DNA of 64,000 bases from an uncultured Actinomycetota bacterium (lineage in GTDB: Bacteria > Actinomycetota > Actinomycetes > JAFAQI01 > DASSKL01): assembly GCA_963728075.1 (NCBI GenBank), contig CAVSIP010000001.1, forward strand, positions 684,251-748,250. Direction: 5' to 3'. The translations under genes and the position numbers were made by a program. The notes beneath the pieces were generated by a model that searched no databases, was not told the DNA's origin, and saw only the letters and a program-made list of their open reading frames with translations. The number at the start of each line of letters is the position of its first letter. Positions within the stretch are counted from its first letter, which is position 1. Shown one piece after another: positions 42,018 to 54,046 of the stretch.

Positions 42018-43451
42018 TCAGTGCGCCGACCAGCCCTGGGCGGCGAGCACCGCCCGCAGCCGTTCGGTGGCGGATGGGTCCACGTACAGCTCCACCACAC
42101 CGGTGGGCCGGCCCGGAGTGTGCTCGACCCGGATGTCCTCGACGTTGACCCCGGCGTGGTCCGCGTCGCCGAGCAGCCGAGCCAGCTCGCCCGGCCGGTC
42201 GGCGACGACCACCGTGACGGTGCGGAAGGGCCGCTCGGGTCCGCCGTGCTTGCCGGGCAGGCGGGCCTGCCCCCGGTTCCCGTCCACGACGAGGTCACGC
42301 ACGGCGCCCTCCGTCCGCGCCTGGTCACCGGACTCCAGCGCGTCGGCGACGGTCGAGAGCCGCCCGACGAGGGTGCGCAGGGCCGTGGCGAGCGCGGCCG
42401 CGTTCGCGGCGACGATGTCCGCCCACAGGTCCGCGTCGCTCGCCGCGATCCGGACCATGTCGCGCAGCCCCTGCCCCGCGATCGGCACCGCTCCCGCATC
42501 GGCGTCCAGCAGTCCGGCTGCGAGCGCCGAGGAGACCAGCTGCGGCAGGTGCGACACGGCAGCCAGCGCGCTGTCGTGCTCCTGCGGGGCCATCGTCACC
42601 GGCACCGACCCGCAGGCCAGGACGACGTCGCGCACGGCGGCCACCACGTCCGGGTCCTGGCCGGGTTGGGGGGTGAGCACCCAGGGCCGGCCGGCGAACA
42701 AGTCGTCCCGGGCGGCCGCCGGGCCGCCGCGCTCCCGACCTGCGACCGGGTGGCCCCCGACGTAGCTCCCGATGTCCCCGTCCAGCGCCCGCAGGTCGTG
42801 CAGCACCCGAGCCTTCACCGACGCCACGTCCGTGTAGGTCCTGGCCGCACCCGCCTCGATCAGCCGGTGCAGCACCGCCGCGGTGTGGCGGGGCGGCACG
42901 GCGACCACGGCCACCTCCACCAAGCCCGGCGGTGCCTGCGCCGTACCCGCCCCCATGTCCGCGGCGAGGGCGACGCGGGCCGGGTCGGCGTCGGACAGGT
43001 GCACCGTCCAGCCCGCCTGGCGCAGGGCGAGCCCGACGGAGGTGCCGATCAGCCCGGCCCCCACGACGAGCGCGCTCGTCAGCTGGGGCAGGTCCGTGCG
43101 CAGCGCCGCAGCGCCGCGCAGGTAGACGTGCCGGATGTCCGCGCGGGACAGGTCGGTCTCGATGTGCGCCAGCAGGCGCAGCACCCGCGGCATGGCACCC
43201 GGCACCGCGATCTCCGTGGCGCACAGCAGCGGCACGTCGGTGATGCCGAGCTGGCGGGCGGCGTACGCCGGGAACTCCGCGGTCAGGTCCGGGGTCGCGG
43301 TGAACACGATGCTGATGAGCTGGTCCCGTTCGACCCGGTTGCGCTCCAGCACCTCGCTCACCAGCTCGCGGACCCCGTCGAGGATGAGCTCGCGCTCGTT
43401 GCCGTCCACCTGAACCGCGCCACGCACCGCCCGTACTGCCACGGCGGGCAA
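42018..43451 (-). CDS. tyrA: AroH-type chorismate mutase domain apparently fused in-frame to prephenate dehydrogenase (TyrA)
   Basis: N-terminal ~116 aa match AroH (VRAVRGAVQVDGNERE...SIVFTATPDLTAEFPAYAAR...RHVYLRGAAALRTDL). This is followed without a stop by the TyrA Rossmann start (LVVGAGLIGTSVG) and the TyrA body. A TTG/GTG start at 43451/43442 abuts the rluB stop. Confidence 0.6.
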   Translation of the reverse strand: MPAVAVRAVRGAVQVDGNERELILDGVRELVSEVLERNRVERDQLISIVFTATPDLTAEFPAYAARQLGITDVPLLCATEIAVPGAMPRVLRLLAHIETDLSRADIRHVYLRGAAALRTDLPQLTSALVVGAGLIGTSVGLALRQAGWTVHLSDADPARVALAADMGAGTAQAPPGLVEVAVVAVPPRHTAAVLHRLIEAGAARTYTDVASVKARVLHDLRALDGDIGSYVGGHPVAGRERGGPAAARDDLFAGRPWVLTPQPGQDPDVVAAVRDVVLACGSVPVTMAPQEHDSALAAVSHLPQLVSSALAAGLLDADAGAVPIAGQGLRDMVRIAASDADLWADIVAANAAALATALRTLVGRLSTVADALESGDQARTEGAVRDLVVDGNRGQARLPGKHGGPERPFRTVTVVVADRPGELARLLGDADHAGVNVEDIRVEHTPGRPTGVVELYVDPSATERLRAVLAAQGWSAH

Positions 43452-43453
43452 CG

Positions 43454-44197
43454 CTACAACCCGACCGCGCGGTAGAGCTCCTGGACCTCGGGCAGCGACA
43501 GCGCGCGGGTGCGGCCCGGCTTGAGCTGACCCAGGCGGATCGGCCCGATCTCGGTGCGGACGAGGCGGAGCACCGGGTGCCCGACCGCGTCCATGAGCCG
43601 GCGGACGACGTGCTTGCGGCCCTCGTGGATCACCAGCTCGACCAGCACCCGCCCGGCACTGGCATCGAGCACGCGGAACCCGTCGACCTGCACGGGGCCG
43701 TCGTCGAGCTCGACCCCCGCGCGCAGCCGCTTGCCCACGTCCCGCGGCAGCGGGCCCGCGACCTCGACCAGGTACGTCTTGAGCACCCCGTACGACGGGT
43801 GGGTGAGCCGGTGCGCGAGGTCGCCGTCGTTGGTGAGCAGGAGCAGCCCCTCGGTGTCGGCGTCGAGCCGGCCGACGTGGAACAGCCGCTCCCGGCGTCC
43901 GGTCACCAGGTCGCCGAGCGACGGGCGCCCCTCGGGGTCGCTCATCGTGCTCACCATGCCGGCCGGCTTGTTCACCGCGAGGTACACGTGCTTCGCGCCG
44001 GTCGGCAGGCGCGCGTCGTCGACCCGGATCACGTCGCGCTCGGGGTCCACGCGGACGCCCTGCGCGCGGACCGTACGGCCGTTGACCTCCACCCGGCCCT
44101 GGGTGATCAGCTCCTCGCACGCCCGCCTGCTGCCGAGCCCCGCCTGGGCCAGCACCTTCTGCAGGCGGACGCCCTCAGCCGGCGGTTGCGGACTCAT
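43454..44197 (-). CDS. rluB: 23S rRNA pseudouridine synthase (RluB/RsuA family)
   Basis: S4 domain plus catalytic HVGRLDADTEGLLLLTNDG. Confidence 0.85.
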   Translation of the reverse strand: MSPQPPAEGVRLQKVLAQAGLGSRRACEELITQGRVEVNGRTVRAQGVRVDPERDVIRVDDARLPTGAKHVYLAVNKPAGMVSTMSDPEGRPSLGDLVTGRRERLFHVGRLDADTEGLLLLTNDGDLAHRLTHPSYGVLKTYLVEVAGPLPRDVGKRLRAGVELDDGPVQVDGFRVLDASAGRVLVELVIHEGRKHVVRRLMDAVGHPVLRLVRTEIGPIRLGQLKPGRTRALSLPEVQELYRAVGL

Positions 44198-44762
44198 CCA
44201 GGTCCAGCGCCTCGGGGCCGGGCAGGTGCGGGGCGAGCGGCGGCAGGTCCTCGACCGACGACAGGCCCAGCCGCTCCAGGAAGTAGCTCGTCGTGCGGTA
44301 GAGCGTCGCGCCGCTGGACTCCTCGACGCCGGCGTCCTCGACCAGCCCGCGGCTCACCAGCGTCCGCATGACCCCGTCGACGTTGACGCCGCGGATCGCG
44401 GAGACCCGGGCGCGGCTCACCGGCTGCCGGTACGCGACGACGGCGAGGGTCTCGAGAGCGGCCTGGGTGAGCCGGGCCTGCTGCCCGTCGAGGACGAACC
44501 GCTCGACGTACGGGGCGCAGTCCGCGCGGGTGTACAGCCGCCAGCCACCCGCCACGCACCGCAGGTCGAAGCCCCGGCCCTGCTCGGCGTACTCCGCGGC
44601 GAGCGCGGCCAGCGTCGTGGCGACCTCCTCGGTCGGGCGTTCGACCACCTGCGCGAGCGTCACCTCCGACACCGGCTCGTCGACGACGAGCAGCACGGCC
44701 TCCAGCGCGGCGCGCAGCGGGGGTTCGGCCGTCATCGGCTCGTCCGGCTCGACGTCAGCCAC
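44175..44762 (-). CDS. scpB: segregation and condensation protein B
   Basis: ScpB winged-helix repeats (VSRARVSAIRGVNVDGVMRTLVSRGLV). Confidence 0.85.
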   Translation of the reverse strand: MADVEPDEPMTAEPPLRAALEAVLLVVDEPVSEVTLAQVVERPTEEVATTLAALAAEYAEQGRGFDLRCVAGGWRLYTRADCAPYVERFVLDGQQARLTQAALETLAVVAYRQPVSRARVSAIRGVNVDGVMRTLVSRGLVEDAGVEESSGATLYRTTSYFLERLGLSSVEDLPPLAPHLPGPEALDLDESATAG

Positions 44763-45600
44763 GGGGCTCCTCCTCGTACTCCTCGAGCGCGCCCCAGCTG
44801 TCGCCGGTGGCGTCGCGGTCCTGCTCCCCGGTCCAGCGCAGGGTGAGCTCGCCCAGCGGGCTGACCTGGTCGAAGGCCACCAGCCCCTCGCGGTAGAGCT
44901 CGAGCGCGGCGAGGAAGCGGCCGACGACCTCCAGGGTGTTCGCGCAGTCGGCGACCAGCGCGCGGAATGAGGCCTGCCCGGACCGGCTGAGCCGGCGGGC
45001 GAGGATCCCCGCCTGCTCCCGCACGCTCACCTGCGGGGCATGGATGTGGTCGACGGAGACCACCGGGTCGGGCTTGGGGGTCAGTGCCCGGGCGGCGAGC
45101 GCAGCGAACTCGTGCGGCCCGATCGCCAGGACCACCTCGGGCAGCAGGTCCGCGAAGTGCGGCTCGAGCCGGACCTCGCGGGGGTAGCGGCGGCCCTCGT
45201 CGGCGAGCCGGTCGGCGAGCAGCGCGGCCACCTCCTTGAAGGCGCGGTACTGCAGCAGCCGGGCGAAGAGCAGGTCGCGTGCCTCGAGCAGCGCGAGGTC
45301 TTCCTCGTCCTCGACCTCGGCGGCCGGCAGCAGGCGGGCGGCCTTGAGGTCCAGCAGGGTCGCGGCCACCACGAGGAACTGGCTGGCCTGGTCGAGGTCC
45401 CAGCTGTCCCCGAAGCCGCGGATGTAGGCGATGAACTCGTCGGTGACCTGCGACAGCGCCACGACGGTGACGTCGAGCTGGTGCTTGGCGATGAGGGTCA
45501 GCAGCAGGTCGAACGGGCCCTCGAAGACGTCGAGGTGCACGGAGAAGCCGCTGGGGGCCTCCCCGGCGCTGCCGGCGTCGGGAGCCGGTTCGACCGCCAC
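44755..45600 (-). CDS. scpA: segregation and condensation protein A
   Basis: GTG at 45600 with GGAGG 6 nt upstream. FSVHLDVFEGPFDLLLTLI is ScpA kleisin-like. Confidence 0.8.
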   Translation of the reverse strand: MAVEPAPDAGSAGEAPSGFSVHLDVFEGPFDLLLTLIAKHQLDVTVVALSQVTDEFIAYIRGFGDSWDLDQASQFLVVAATLLDLKAARLLPAAEVEDEEDLALLEARDLLFARLLQYRAFKEVAALLADRLADEGRRYPREVRLEPHFADLLPEVVLAIGPHEFAALAARALTPKPDPVVSVDHIHAPQVSVREQAGILARRLSRSGQASFRALVADCANTLEVVGRFLAALELYREGLVAFDQVSPLGELTLRWTGEQDRDATGDSWGALEEYEEEPRG

Positions 45601-45659
45601 GTCCACCCTCCGAAGGTAACCCGGTACGGCGCACGCAGCGCCGCGAACACGCGGCCGGC

Positions 45660-46338
45660 TCAGGCGAGCGCGGTGAGGATCGGCGAGATGATGGCGTTGA
45701 GCAGGACGAGCATCAGCGGGCCCTGCGAGCTGAACGGCACGATCAGCAGCACGAGCAGGATCCCCACGCCCCAGTTCTGCTCCACCAGCCGGTACTGCGC
45801 CTTCTGCCAGCCGATCGTGCGTGGCGCCACCGTGAACATCACCCGCGATCCCTCCAGCGGGGGCAGCGGGATGAACGACAGGAACCCCATGGCAAGGTTC
45901 TCCAGCCCGAACAGCAGGGCCGTCAGCTGGTCGGCGGGCAGCCCGACGACCTGGCCGTGCAGGGCGTCGCTGGGCGAGACCGTGAAGTGCGCCCGGTCGC
46001 CCCCGGCCGCGATGAACAGGCCGAGGCCGAGCGCGCCGAGGGCGAAGTTCGCCAGCGGCCCCGCCAGCAGGATGGCCACGAGCCGGCCGGGCCGGGACGG
46101 GCGGTTCATCTCGTTGGTGCCGGGGACACCCCAGCCGACGCCGCCGATCGCCGCCGCCACGGCGCCGAACGGGTCGAGGTGGCGGCGCGGTCCGGGCCGT
46201 GACGGCCGTACGCCGCGGGGCGCGGTCGCCGGCAGCGTGCGCGCCCGACGCCTGCGCCAGCCCGTGCGCGCACCGCACGACGAGGAAACCGAGGATGAGC
46301 CCCACCAGCGACGTGGGGTGCCCGACGGCGTACAGCAT
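45660..46338 (-). CDS. site-2 protease (peptidase M50) family membrane protein, split by a frameshift
   Basis: C-terminal part in the 45660-46160 frame (LENLAMGFLSFIPLPPLEGSRV). N-terminal TM part continues in the 46338 frame. Confidence 0.45.
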
Positions 46339-46361
46339 CGCTCAGCGCTCCCGCAGCCCGC

Positions 46362-47267
46362 TCACCGGGCGAGCACCTCTTTGGCGAGGTCGCGATACGC
46401 CTGGGCCGCGGCGGAGGTGCCGGCGTACGAGGTGATCGGCTCGCCGGCCACGGTGGTCTCGGGGAACCTCACCGTGCGGTTGATCACGGTGTGGAACACC
46501 CGGTCACCGAAGGCCTCCACGACGCGGGCGAGCACCTCGCGGCCGTGCAGCGTGCGGGAGTCGTACATGGTCGCGAGGATGCCCTCGAGCTCGAGCTCGG
46601 GGTTGAGCCGCTCGCGCACCTTCTCGATCGTCTGGATGAGCAGCGCCACGCCGCGCAGGGCGAAGAACTCGCACTCCAGCGGGATGATCACCCCGTGCGC
46701 GGCCGTGAGGGCGTTGACGGTGAGCAGGCCCAGCGAGGGCTGGCAGTCGACGAGCACCACGTCGTAGTCCGGCAGCGCGCGGCGCAGCACCCGCTGGAGG
46801 GTCTGCTCGCGGGCGACCTCGCCGACGAGCTGCACCTCCGCGGCGGACAGGTCGATGTTGCTCGGCAGCAGGTCCATGCCGGCGACGTCGGTCTCGAGCA
46901 GCACGTCCTCGAGCCGGACGTCCCGCTCCATCAGGAGGTTGTAGACCGTCCGGTCGAGCTCCATCGGGTTGACGCCGAGCCCCACGGACAGGGCGCCCTG
47001 CGGGTCGAAGTCGACGAGCAGCACGCGGCGGCCGTACTCCGCGAGCGCGGCGCCCAGGTTGATGGCGGTGGTGGTCTTGCCCACCCCGCCCTTCTGGTTG
47101 CACAGCGCGACGACGTGCGCGGGTCCGTGCTTGCGCAGGGGCTTCGGTTCCGGCAGCACCGGCCACGGGCGTCCGGTGGGGCCGGTCTCCCCGCTGCTGG
47201 GCAGGTGGCGGCGCTTCGCCGTGGCGGTTGAGCTGTTTGTCGACGTGACCACGGTGCTGGGATCCAC
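46362..47267 (-). CDS. parA: ParA/Soj family chromosome-partitioning ATPase
   Basis: Deviant Walker A (LCNQKGGVGKTTTAINLG). Confidence 0.85.
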   Translation of the reverse strand: MDPSTVVTSTNSSTATAKRRHLPSSGETGPTGRPWPVLPEPKPLRKHGPAHVVALCNQKGGVGKTTTAINLGAALAEYGRRVLLVDFDPQGALSVGLGVNPMELDRTVYNLLMERDVRLEDVLLETDVAGMDLLPSNIDLSAAEVQLVGEVAREQTLQRVLRRALPDYDVVLVDCQPSLGLLTVNALTAAHGVIIPLECEFFALRGVALLIQTIEKVRERLNPELELEGILATMYDSRTLHGREVLARVVEAFGDRVFHTVINRTVRFPETTVAGEPITSYAGTSAAAQAYRDLAKEVLAR

Positions 47268-47424
47268 TCTCCGGGCAGGCGGGGGAAGGCCCCCGCGAGC
47301 CTAGGCCCGCGCCGAAGCGCCCCGCAAGCCGGTCCCGGAAAGATCTGTCCCACGGCAGCGGGCCCCTACCGGGGCCGACACACGGGGGCCGGGGGCCGAC
47401 CGCCGTACAGATCAACGTGCAGGG

Positions 47425-48327
47425 TCAGGCGCGGGCCCGCGGATGGGCGGTGGCGTAGACCTCGCGCAGGTGGTCGACCGTCACGAGCGTGTACACCTGG
47501 GTGGTGGTCACGGACGCGTGGCCGAGCAGCTCCTGGACCACGCGGACGTCCGCACCCGCGTCGAGCAGGTGGGTGGCGAACGAGTGGCGCAGGGTGTGCG
47601 GCGACACCGGTACGGACACTCCCGCGCGCTGCGCGGCCGTACGCAGCACCGTCCACGCGCTCTGGCGGGAGAGCCGCCCGCCGCGGGCGTTGAGGAACAG
47701 CGCGCTCGTGCCCGCGCCGGCCGCCGCGAGCCCGGGGCGGGCCCGGACGAGGTAGGCGTCGACCGCCTCGCGGGCGAGCCGGCCGACCGGCACCATGCGG
47801 TCCTTGCCGCCCTTGCCGTGCAGGACCACCGCGCCGGCGTCGAGGTCGATGTCGTCCACGGCCAGCCCCACGGCCTCGCTGATCCGGGCGCCGGTCGCGT
47901 ACAGCAGCTCCAGCAGGGCCCGGTCGCGCAGCGCGCGTGGCGTCTGGTCGGCCCCGGCCGCGTCGAGCAGGGCCGCCACCTCCTGCACCGAGATCGCCTT
48001 CGGCAGCCGCTTCGGCTGCGGCGGCGGGCGGACCCCGGACGCCGCGTCACCGTCGGTGAGACCCTCGCGTACGGCGAACTTGTGGAGGCCGCGCACGGCG
48101 ACAACGGCCCGGGCCGCCGAGCTCGCCTGCAGCGGCCGGTGGTCGGCGTCGCCTTCGCGCAGCGTGGCGAGGAACGCCGCCACGTCCTCCTCCCGCGCCT
48201 CCCCCAGCGACTCCACGCCGCGCCCGGCGAGCAGGCGCAGGTAGCGGCGCAGGTCCCGCCGGTAGGACGCCAGCGTGTTCGCGGCCAGCCCACGCTCGAC
48301 GGCCAGGTGGTCCAGGTAGCCGGACAC
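47425..48327 (-). CDS. xerD: tyrosine recombinase XerD
   Basis: Colinear with mycobacterial XerD from (V)[12 protein letters not shown] to [12 protein letters not shown]...[16 protein letters not shown] start at 48327. Confidence 0.8.
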   Translation of the reverse strand: MSGYLDHLAVERGLAANTLASYRRDLRRYLRLLAGRGVESLGEAREEDVAAFLATLREGDADHRPLQASSAARAVVAVRGLHKFAVREGLTDGDAASGVRPPPQPKRLPKAISVQEVAALLDAAGADQTPRALRDRALLELLYATGARISEAVGLAVDDIDLDAGAVVLHGKGGKDRMVPVGRLAREAVDAYLVRARPGLAAAGAGTSALFLNARGGRLSRQSAWTVLRTAAQRAGVSVPVSPHTLRHSFATHLLDAGADVRVVQELLGHASVTTTQVYTLVTVDHLREVYATAHPRARA

Positions 48328-48377
48328 CGTCCGCTGGAGCGCCCGGGACGGTTCGGCGTCGGCGGTGACGGACGCGC

Positions 48378-49493
48378 TCAGGACAGCACCTCGTCCAGGT
48401 GCGCGTACGGCAGCCCGTGCGCCTCGGCCACCGGCGCGAGGGTCAGCCGCCCGGCCACGGTGTTGACGCCGAGTGCCAGCGCCGGGTCCGCCCGTACGGC
48501 GTCGCGCCAGCCCGTGGCGGCGATGCGCTCGACGTACGGCAGCGTCACGTTGGTCAGGGCGTACGTGGAGGTGTGCGGGACCGCCCCGGGCATGTTCGCC
48601 ACGCAGTAGAAGACGCAGCCCTCGTGCAGGTAGGTCGGCTCGGAGTGGGTGGTCGGGTGCGAGCCCTCGAAGCAGCCACCCTGGTCGACGGCGATGTCGA
48701 CGAGCACCGCCCCCGGCCTCATCCGGCGGACCAGGTCGTCGCTCACCAGCTTGGGAGCGCGCGCGCCGGGCACGAGCACCGCCCCGATGACGAGATCGGC
48801 GTCGATGCACGCACGCTCGACCTCGTAGGCGTTGGACGCCACGGTCTGCAGGTGGCCCTGGTAGATCCGGTCGGCGGCGCGCAGCCGGTCGACGTTGCGG
48901 TCCAGCAGCAGCACCTCGGCCTGCATGCCGAGCGCGATCGCCGCGGCGTTCATGCCGGCCACGCCCGCCCCGATCACGACCACCTTGGCCGCGTAGACGC
49001 CGGACACCCCGCCCATGAGCACGCCGCGCCCACCGGACTCGCGCTCCAGGCAGTGCGCGCCCACCTGCGGCGCCATCCGCCCGGCGACCTCCGACATCGG
49101 CGCGAGCAGCGGCAGCGTGCCGTCCGCGAGCTGGACGGTCTCGTACGCGATCGCCGTCGTGCCGGCCGCGAGCAGCGCCCTCGTGCACTCGGCGGAGGCG
49201 GCGAGGTGCAGGTAGGTGAACAGCACCTGGTCGCGCTGCAGCCGGTGGTACTCCTCCGCGACCGGCTCCTTCACCTTCAGCACCAGGTCGGCGTCGGCCC
49301 ACACGTCGTCGGCGTCGGCGACGATCCGCGCCCCGGCCGCCAGGTAGTCGGCGTCCGGGACAGCCGACCCGGCGCCCGCGTCCCGCTCGACGTGCACCCG
49401 GTGCCCGGCGGCGACGAGCTCGTGCACGCCGGACGGCGTGAGCGCGACCCTGTACTCGCTGTCCTTGACCTCGCGCGGTACGCCGACTCTCAC
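48378..49493 (-). CDS. ald: alanine dehydrogenase
   Basis: GTG at 49493 ([20 protein letters not shown]) overlaps the NUDIX stop (GTGA). NAD-binding [14 protein letters not shown]. Confidence 0.85.
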   Translation of the reverse strand: MRVGVPREVKDSEYRVALTPSGVHELVAAGHRVHVERDAGAGSAVPDADYLAAGARIVADADDVWADADLVLKVKEPVAEEYHRLQRDQVLFTYLHLAASAECTRALLAAGTTAIAYETVQLADGTLPLLAPMSEVAGRMAPQVGAHCLERESGGRGVLMGGVSGVYAAKVVVIGAGVAGMNAAAIALGMQAEVLLLDRNVDRLRAADRIYQGHLQTVASNAYEVERACIDADLVIGAVLVPGARAPKLVSDDLVRRMRPGAVLVDIAVDQGGCFEGSHPTTHSEPTYLHEGCVFYCVANMPGAVPHTSTYALTNVTLPYVERIAATGWRDAVRADPALALGVNTVAGRLTLAPVAEAHGLPYAHLDEVLS

Positions 49494-50158
49494 GCTGGGT
49501 GAGTGTAGGGACGTCGGCCGCCCGAGCCCGGGAACTCGCTCATCTCGGGCCACGGCGACTGCGGCGCGCGCAGGTGGGCGAAGCCGCTGTCGCGGGCCCG
49601 AGCCGCCGCCAGGGCGCCCATGACCGCCAGCGGGTTGTGCACGCGCCCTGCCAGCACGGCGGCGACCACGCCGTCGAGCGGCACCCAGGCGACCGGCATG
49701 TCGGCCTCCTCGTGCTCGCCCTCGTGCCGTTCCTCCTCCGCCACCTCGGTCAGCTCACGCGCGAGGTAGATGCGCACCGCCTCGTCGCTCATGCCCGGCG
49801 AGGTGTACGCGTCGACGAGCACGTCCCAGCGGGCCGCCCGGTGATGCGCCTCCTCGTACAGCTCCCGCTGGGCCGCCGCCAGCGGCGGCTCCCCCGCCTG
49901 GTCGAGCAGGCCCGCCGGCGGCTCCCAGAGGCGGCGGCGGACCGGGTGACGGTACTGCTGCACGAGCAGCATCCGGCCCGTGTCGTCGAGGGCGACGATG
50001 CCCACCGCGCCCGGGTGGACGACGACGTCGCGGGTGGGGGTGCCGCCGTCCGGCATCTCCACCACGTCTGAACGCACGTCGATGACCCGGCCGGACCGGA
50101 ACGCCCGCCTCGACGCCCGGACGGGCAGGGACGCCTCCTCGTCGCGGAGCTCCGCCAC
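49490..50158 (-). CDS. NUDIX hydrolase (ADP-ribose pyrophosphatase-like)
   Basis: Nudix box ([26 protein letters not shown]). Confidence 0.8.
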   Translation of the reverse strand: MAELRDEEASLPVRASRRAFRSGRVIDVRSDVVEMPDGGTPTRDVVVHPGAVGIVALDDTGRMLLVQQYRHPVRRRLWEPPAGLLDQAGEPPLAAAQRELYEEAHHRAARWDVLVDAYTSPGMSDEAVRIYLARELTEVAEEERHEGEHEEADMPVAWVPLDGVVAAVLAGRVHNPLAVMGALAAARARDSGFAHLRAPQSPWPEMSEFPGSGGRRPYTHPA

Positions 50159-50159
50159 G

Positions 50160-51863
<1,704 letters not shown>

Positions 51864-51916
51864 GGGAGGCTCCCCGTCTCACGACGACACCCCGAAGGTG
51901 TCATCTCCACGGGACT

Positions 51917-54046
51917 TCAAGGTAACACCGCGCCCGGCTGCGGGGGGCGCTGCTCGTCCGGCGCGTCGCCATCGGCCGGTGGACGCCGTGCCGCCTCCGC
52001 TGCCACGGCGACGGCGACCGGGATGGCGACGGTCAGCGCGATCGCCGGGATCGCCACACCCGAGTCGTTGACCGCGAAGCCGACGACGCCCATGACGAGC
52101 ACGGCGATGAGGCCGTCCCGCAGCTCCGGGCGCAGGTCGAAGGCGCGCCGCAGCCCGCCCCAGGGTCGGAACAGCAGGACCGTGACCAGCGCGATCGCCA
52201 GCGGTACGAGCAGGGTCAGCACGCTGTGCGTCAGCAGGTGCAGGTTCGCCTGGGCCTTGCGATGGATGACGGTCCCGGCGCCACCGTGCAGCACCTGGTC
52301 GACGAACCGCCCGAGATGGCTGCGGTCGGCGGGCGGTCGCGAGTAGTCCAGCAACGCGAACCCGGTGACGGCCACCACGGCGGCGCCGCCGGCGGCGGCG
52401 AGCCTCCCGACCGACACGCGCGTCCCGGTGACGAGCAGCCCGAGCACGACGAACGCGGGCACCAGCGCGAGAACGCCCCCGAAGTCGTCCCCGAACGCCG
52501 GCGCGCCGTCGATCACCACGGCGACCAGCCCGAGGCCCGCGACGATGGCCAGTCGCGCCCGTCGGCCACGGCCGACGCAGAGCAGCGCCGCGGAGAGCAG
52601 CGCGGCCGAGGCGAACACCGCGTACGCGACGTTGCCGACGCCCACGAACCGGCCGGCGACCAGCGGCGAGTAGCCGGCCAGGCTGTTGAGCTGCAGATGC
52701 GCGCCGCTCACCAGGTCCGCGGCGAGCACCCCGAAGGTGACCCCGGCGACGACCCCGGGCGGCCCCAGCAGGGTCCGGCGCCAGGGCCCGGCGAGGGCCA
52801 CCCCGGCGACGACCGCGGTCGCCACCAGTGCGCTGACCCACAGCGCGACCGCCGGGTGGCCGAAGCGCCACCAGGAGGACACGTTGGCCAGGTAGGTGGC
52901 GATGACCCCGGCGGCGCCGACGATCGCACCAGCCCGCACCACCCCCAGCAGGCGCCCACGCTCACCACGGCTGGACGCCTGGCGCAGGCCGAGTGCGGCA
53001 AGCAGGTACAACCCCGCCTGGCCACCGACGAGCACCGCGAAGAACGGCGGGACGAGCGGGCGCTGCTGCTCCGCCGCGCGGTCGGCGAGCACCAGCCGGT
53101 CCACGACGTCGGCCGTGGCGGCGGGGGCCGTACCGTCGGCGTGCAGCCCCTGCCCGGCCATGCTGCGCGGCACGGTGACGCCGAGTGCCTGCAGCACGGT
53201 GGGCGCGAGGTCGATCAGCTGGACGTAGGGCGCCCGCCGCGTGGACGGGCTGACCAGCCAGGTGTGCGGGGCGCCGACGCCGCGCGCGATCAGGACGTGC
53301 AGGTGCGGCGCGTACCGCCCGGTCTCGGAGATGCCGGCGACGAGCAGCAGCGTGTGCGCGGGCAGGGCCGCGACGACCTGACGGAGCGCGGTGTCGACGC
53401 GGGCGACGGCGGTGCGCCGTACGGACGGGTTCGCCCTGGTGTCCTCCGGTCCGACGACCTGCAGGTCGCGCAGGCCTACGATCGTGAGCGCGCAGCGGCG
53501 GTAGAGAGCGGCCTCGTCGGTGTGGTACCCGACCTGCGCCACGTCACCGGACGGGGTCGCGGCCGCCAGCGCCGCCCCCGGACCGATCGCCGTGGCGCAG
53601 AGCCCGGCCGACTGCAGGGCGGCCCCGAGCGCGCCGATCCGGGTTCCGTGCAGCAGCCCGCGGTTGTCCGCGGCGATCGTCTCCTGGGCGACGGAGCGCG
53701 AGGCGGCGTACAGCGGCGGGTACGGGTCACAGCCGGGCTTGCCGTCACTGGGGGCGCGGGCCCGGTTCCCGGCGCCGAGGGTCGCCCACCCGTCGAGGGG
53801 ACAGGTCACGGACGAGGCCGCCCGCACCGACAGCGCACCGACGGCGCCCGAGCCGGTGAGCCCCCAGAGGGTCGGGGTGACCTGCTGGTCCACGTCACTC
53901 CAGACCAGGCCGGGTACGCCGACGACCACCACGTGGTCCGCCTGCGGGGTCCAGGAGGGCCGCTGCACCGCGCTTGCCGGACCGGCCGGCCACGGGCCCA
54001 GCAGGGCAACGGCGAGCAGCAGCAGCACGCCGACTCGCCGGGTCAC
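51917..54046 (-). CDS. large membrane protein: N-terminal extracytoplasmic alkaline-phosphatase/phosphodiesterase-like domain (apparently degenerate) + ~10-TM C-terminal domain
   Basis: Signal peptide. HVVVVGVPGLVWSDV block resembles type-I phosphodiesterase cores but lacks the metal-binding Asp. C-terminal half is polytopic. Confidence 0.4.
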   Translation of the reverse strand: MTRRVGVLLLLAVALLGPWPAGPASAVQRPSWTPQADHVVVVGVPGLVWSDVDQQVTPTLWGLTGSGAVGALSVRAASSVTCPLDGWATLGAGNRARAPSDGKPGCDPYPPLYAASRSVAQETIAADNRGLLHGTRIGALGAALQSAGLCATAIGPGAALAAATPSGDVAQVGYHTDEAALYRRCALTIVGLRDLQVVGPEDTRANPSVRRTAVARVDTALRQVVAALPAHTLLLVAGISETGRYAPHLHVLIARGVGAPHTWLVSPSTRRAPYVQLIDLAPTVLQALGVTVPRSMAGQGLHADGTAPAATADVVDRLVLADRAAEQQRPLVPPFFAVLVGGQAGLYLLAALGLRQASSRGERGRLLGVVRAGAIVGAAGVIATYLANVSSWWRFGHPAVALWVSALVATAVVAGVALAGPWRRTLLGPPGVVAGVTFGVLAADLVSGAHLQLNSLAGYSPLVAGRFVGVGNVAYAVFASAALLSAALLCVGRGRRARLAIVAGLGLVAVVIDGAPAFGDDFGGVLALVPAFVVLGLLVTGTRVSVGRLAAAGGAAVVAVTGFALLDYSRPPADRSHLGRFVDQVLHGGAGTVIHRKAQANLHLLTHSVLTLLVPLAIALVTVLLFRPWGGLRRAFDLRPELRDGLIAVLVMGVVGFAVNDSGVAIPAIALTVAIPVAVAVAAEAARRPPADGDAPDEQRPPQPGAVLP

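Noticed and set aside
45660-46338. The 5' part of the long ORF 44755-46338 as an N-terminal extension of ScpA.
   Set aside because: ScpA homology starts at 45600 (GGAGG-GTG). The upstream part belongs to a separate M50 protease gene in a shifted frame.
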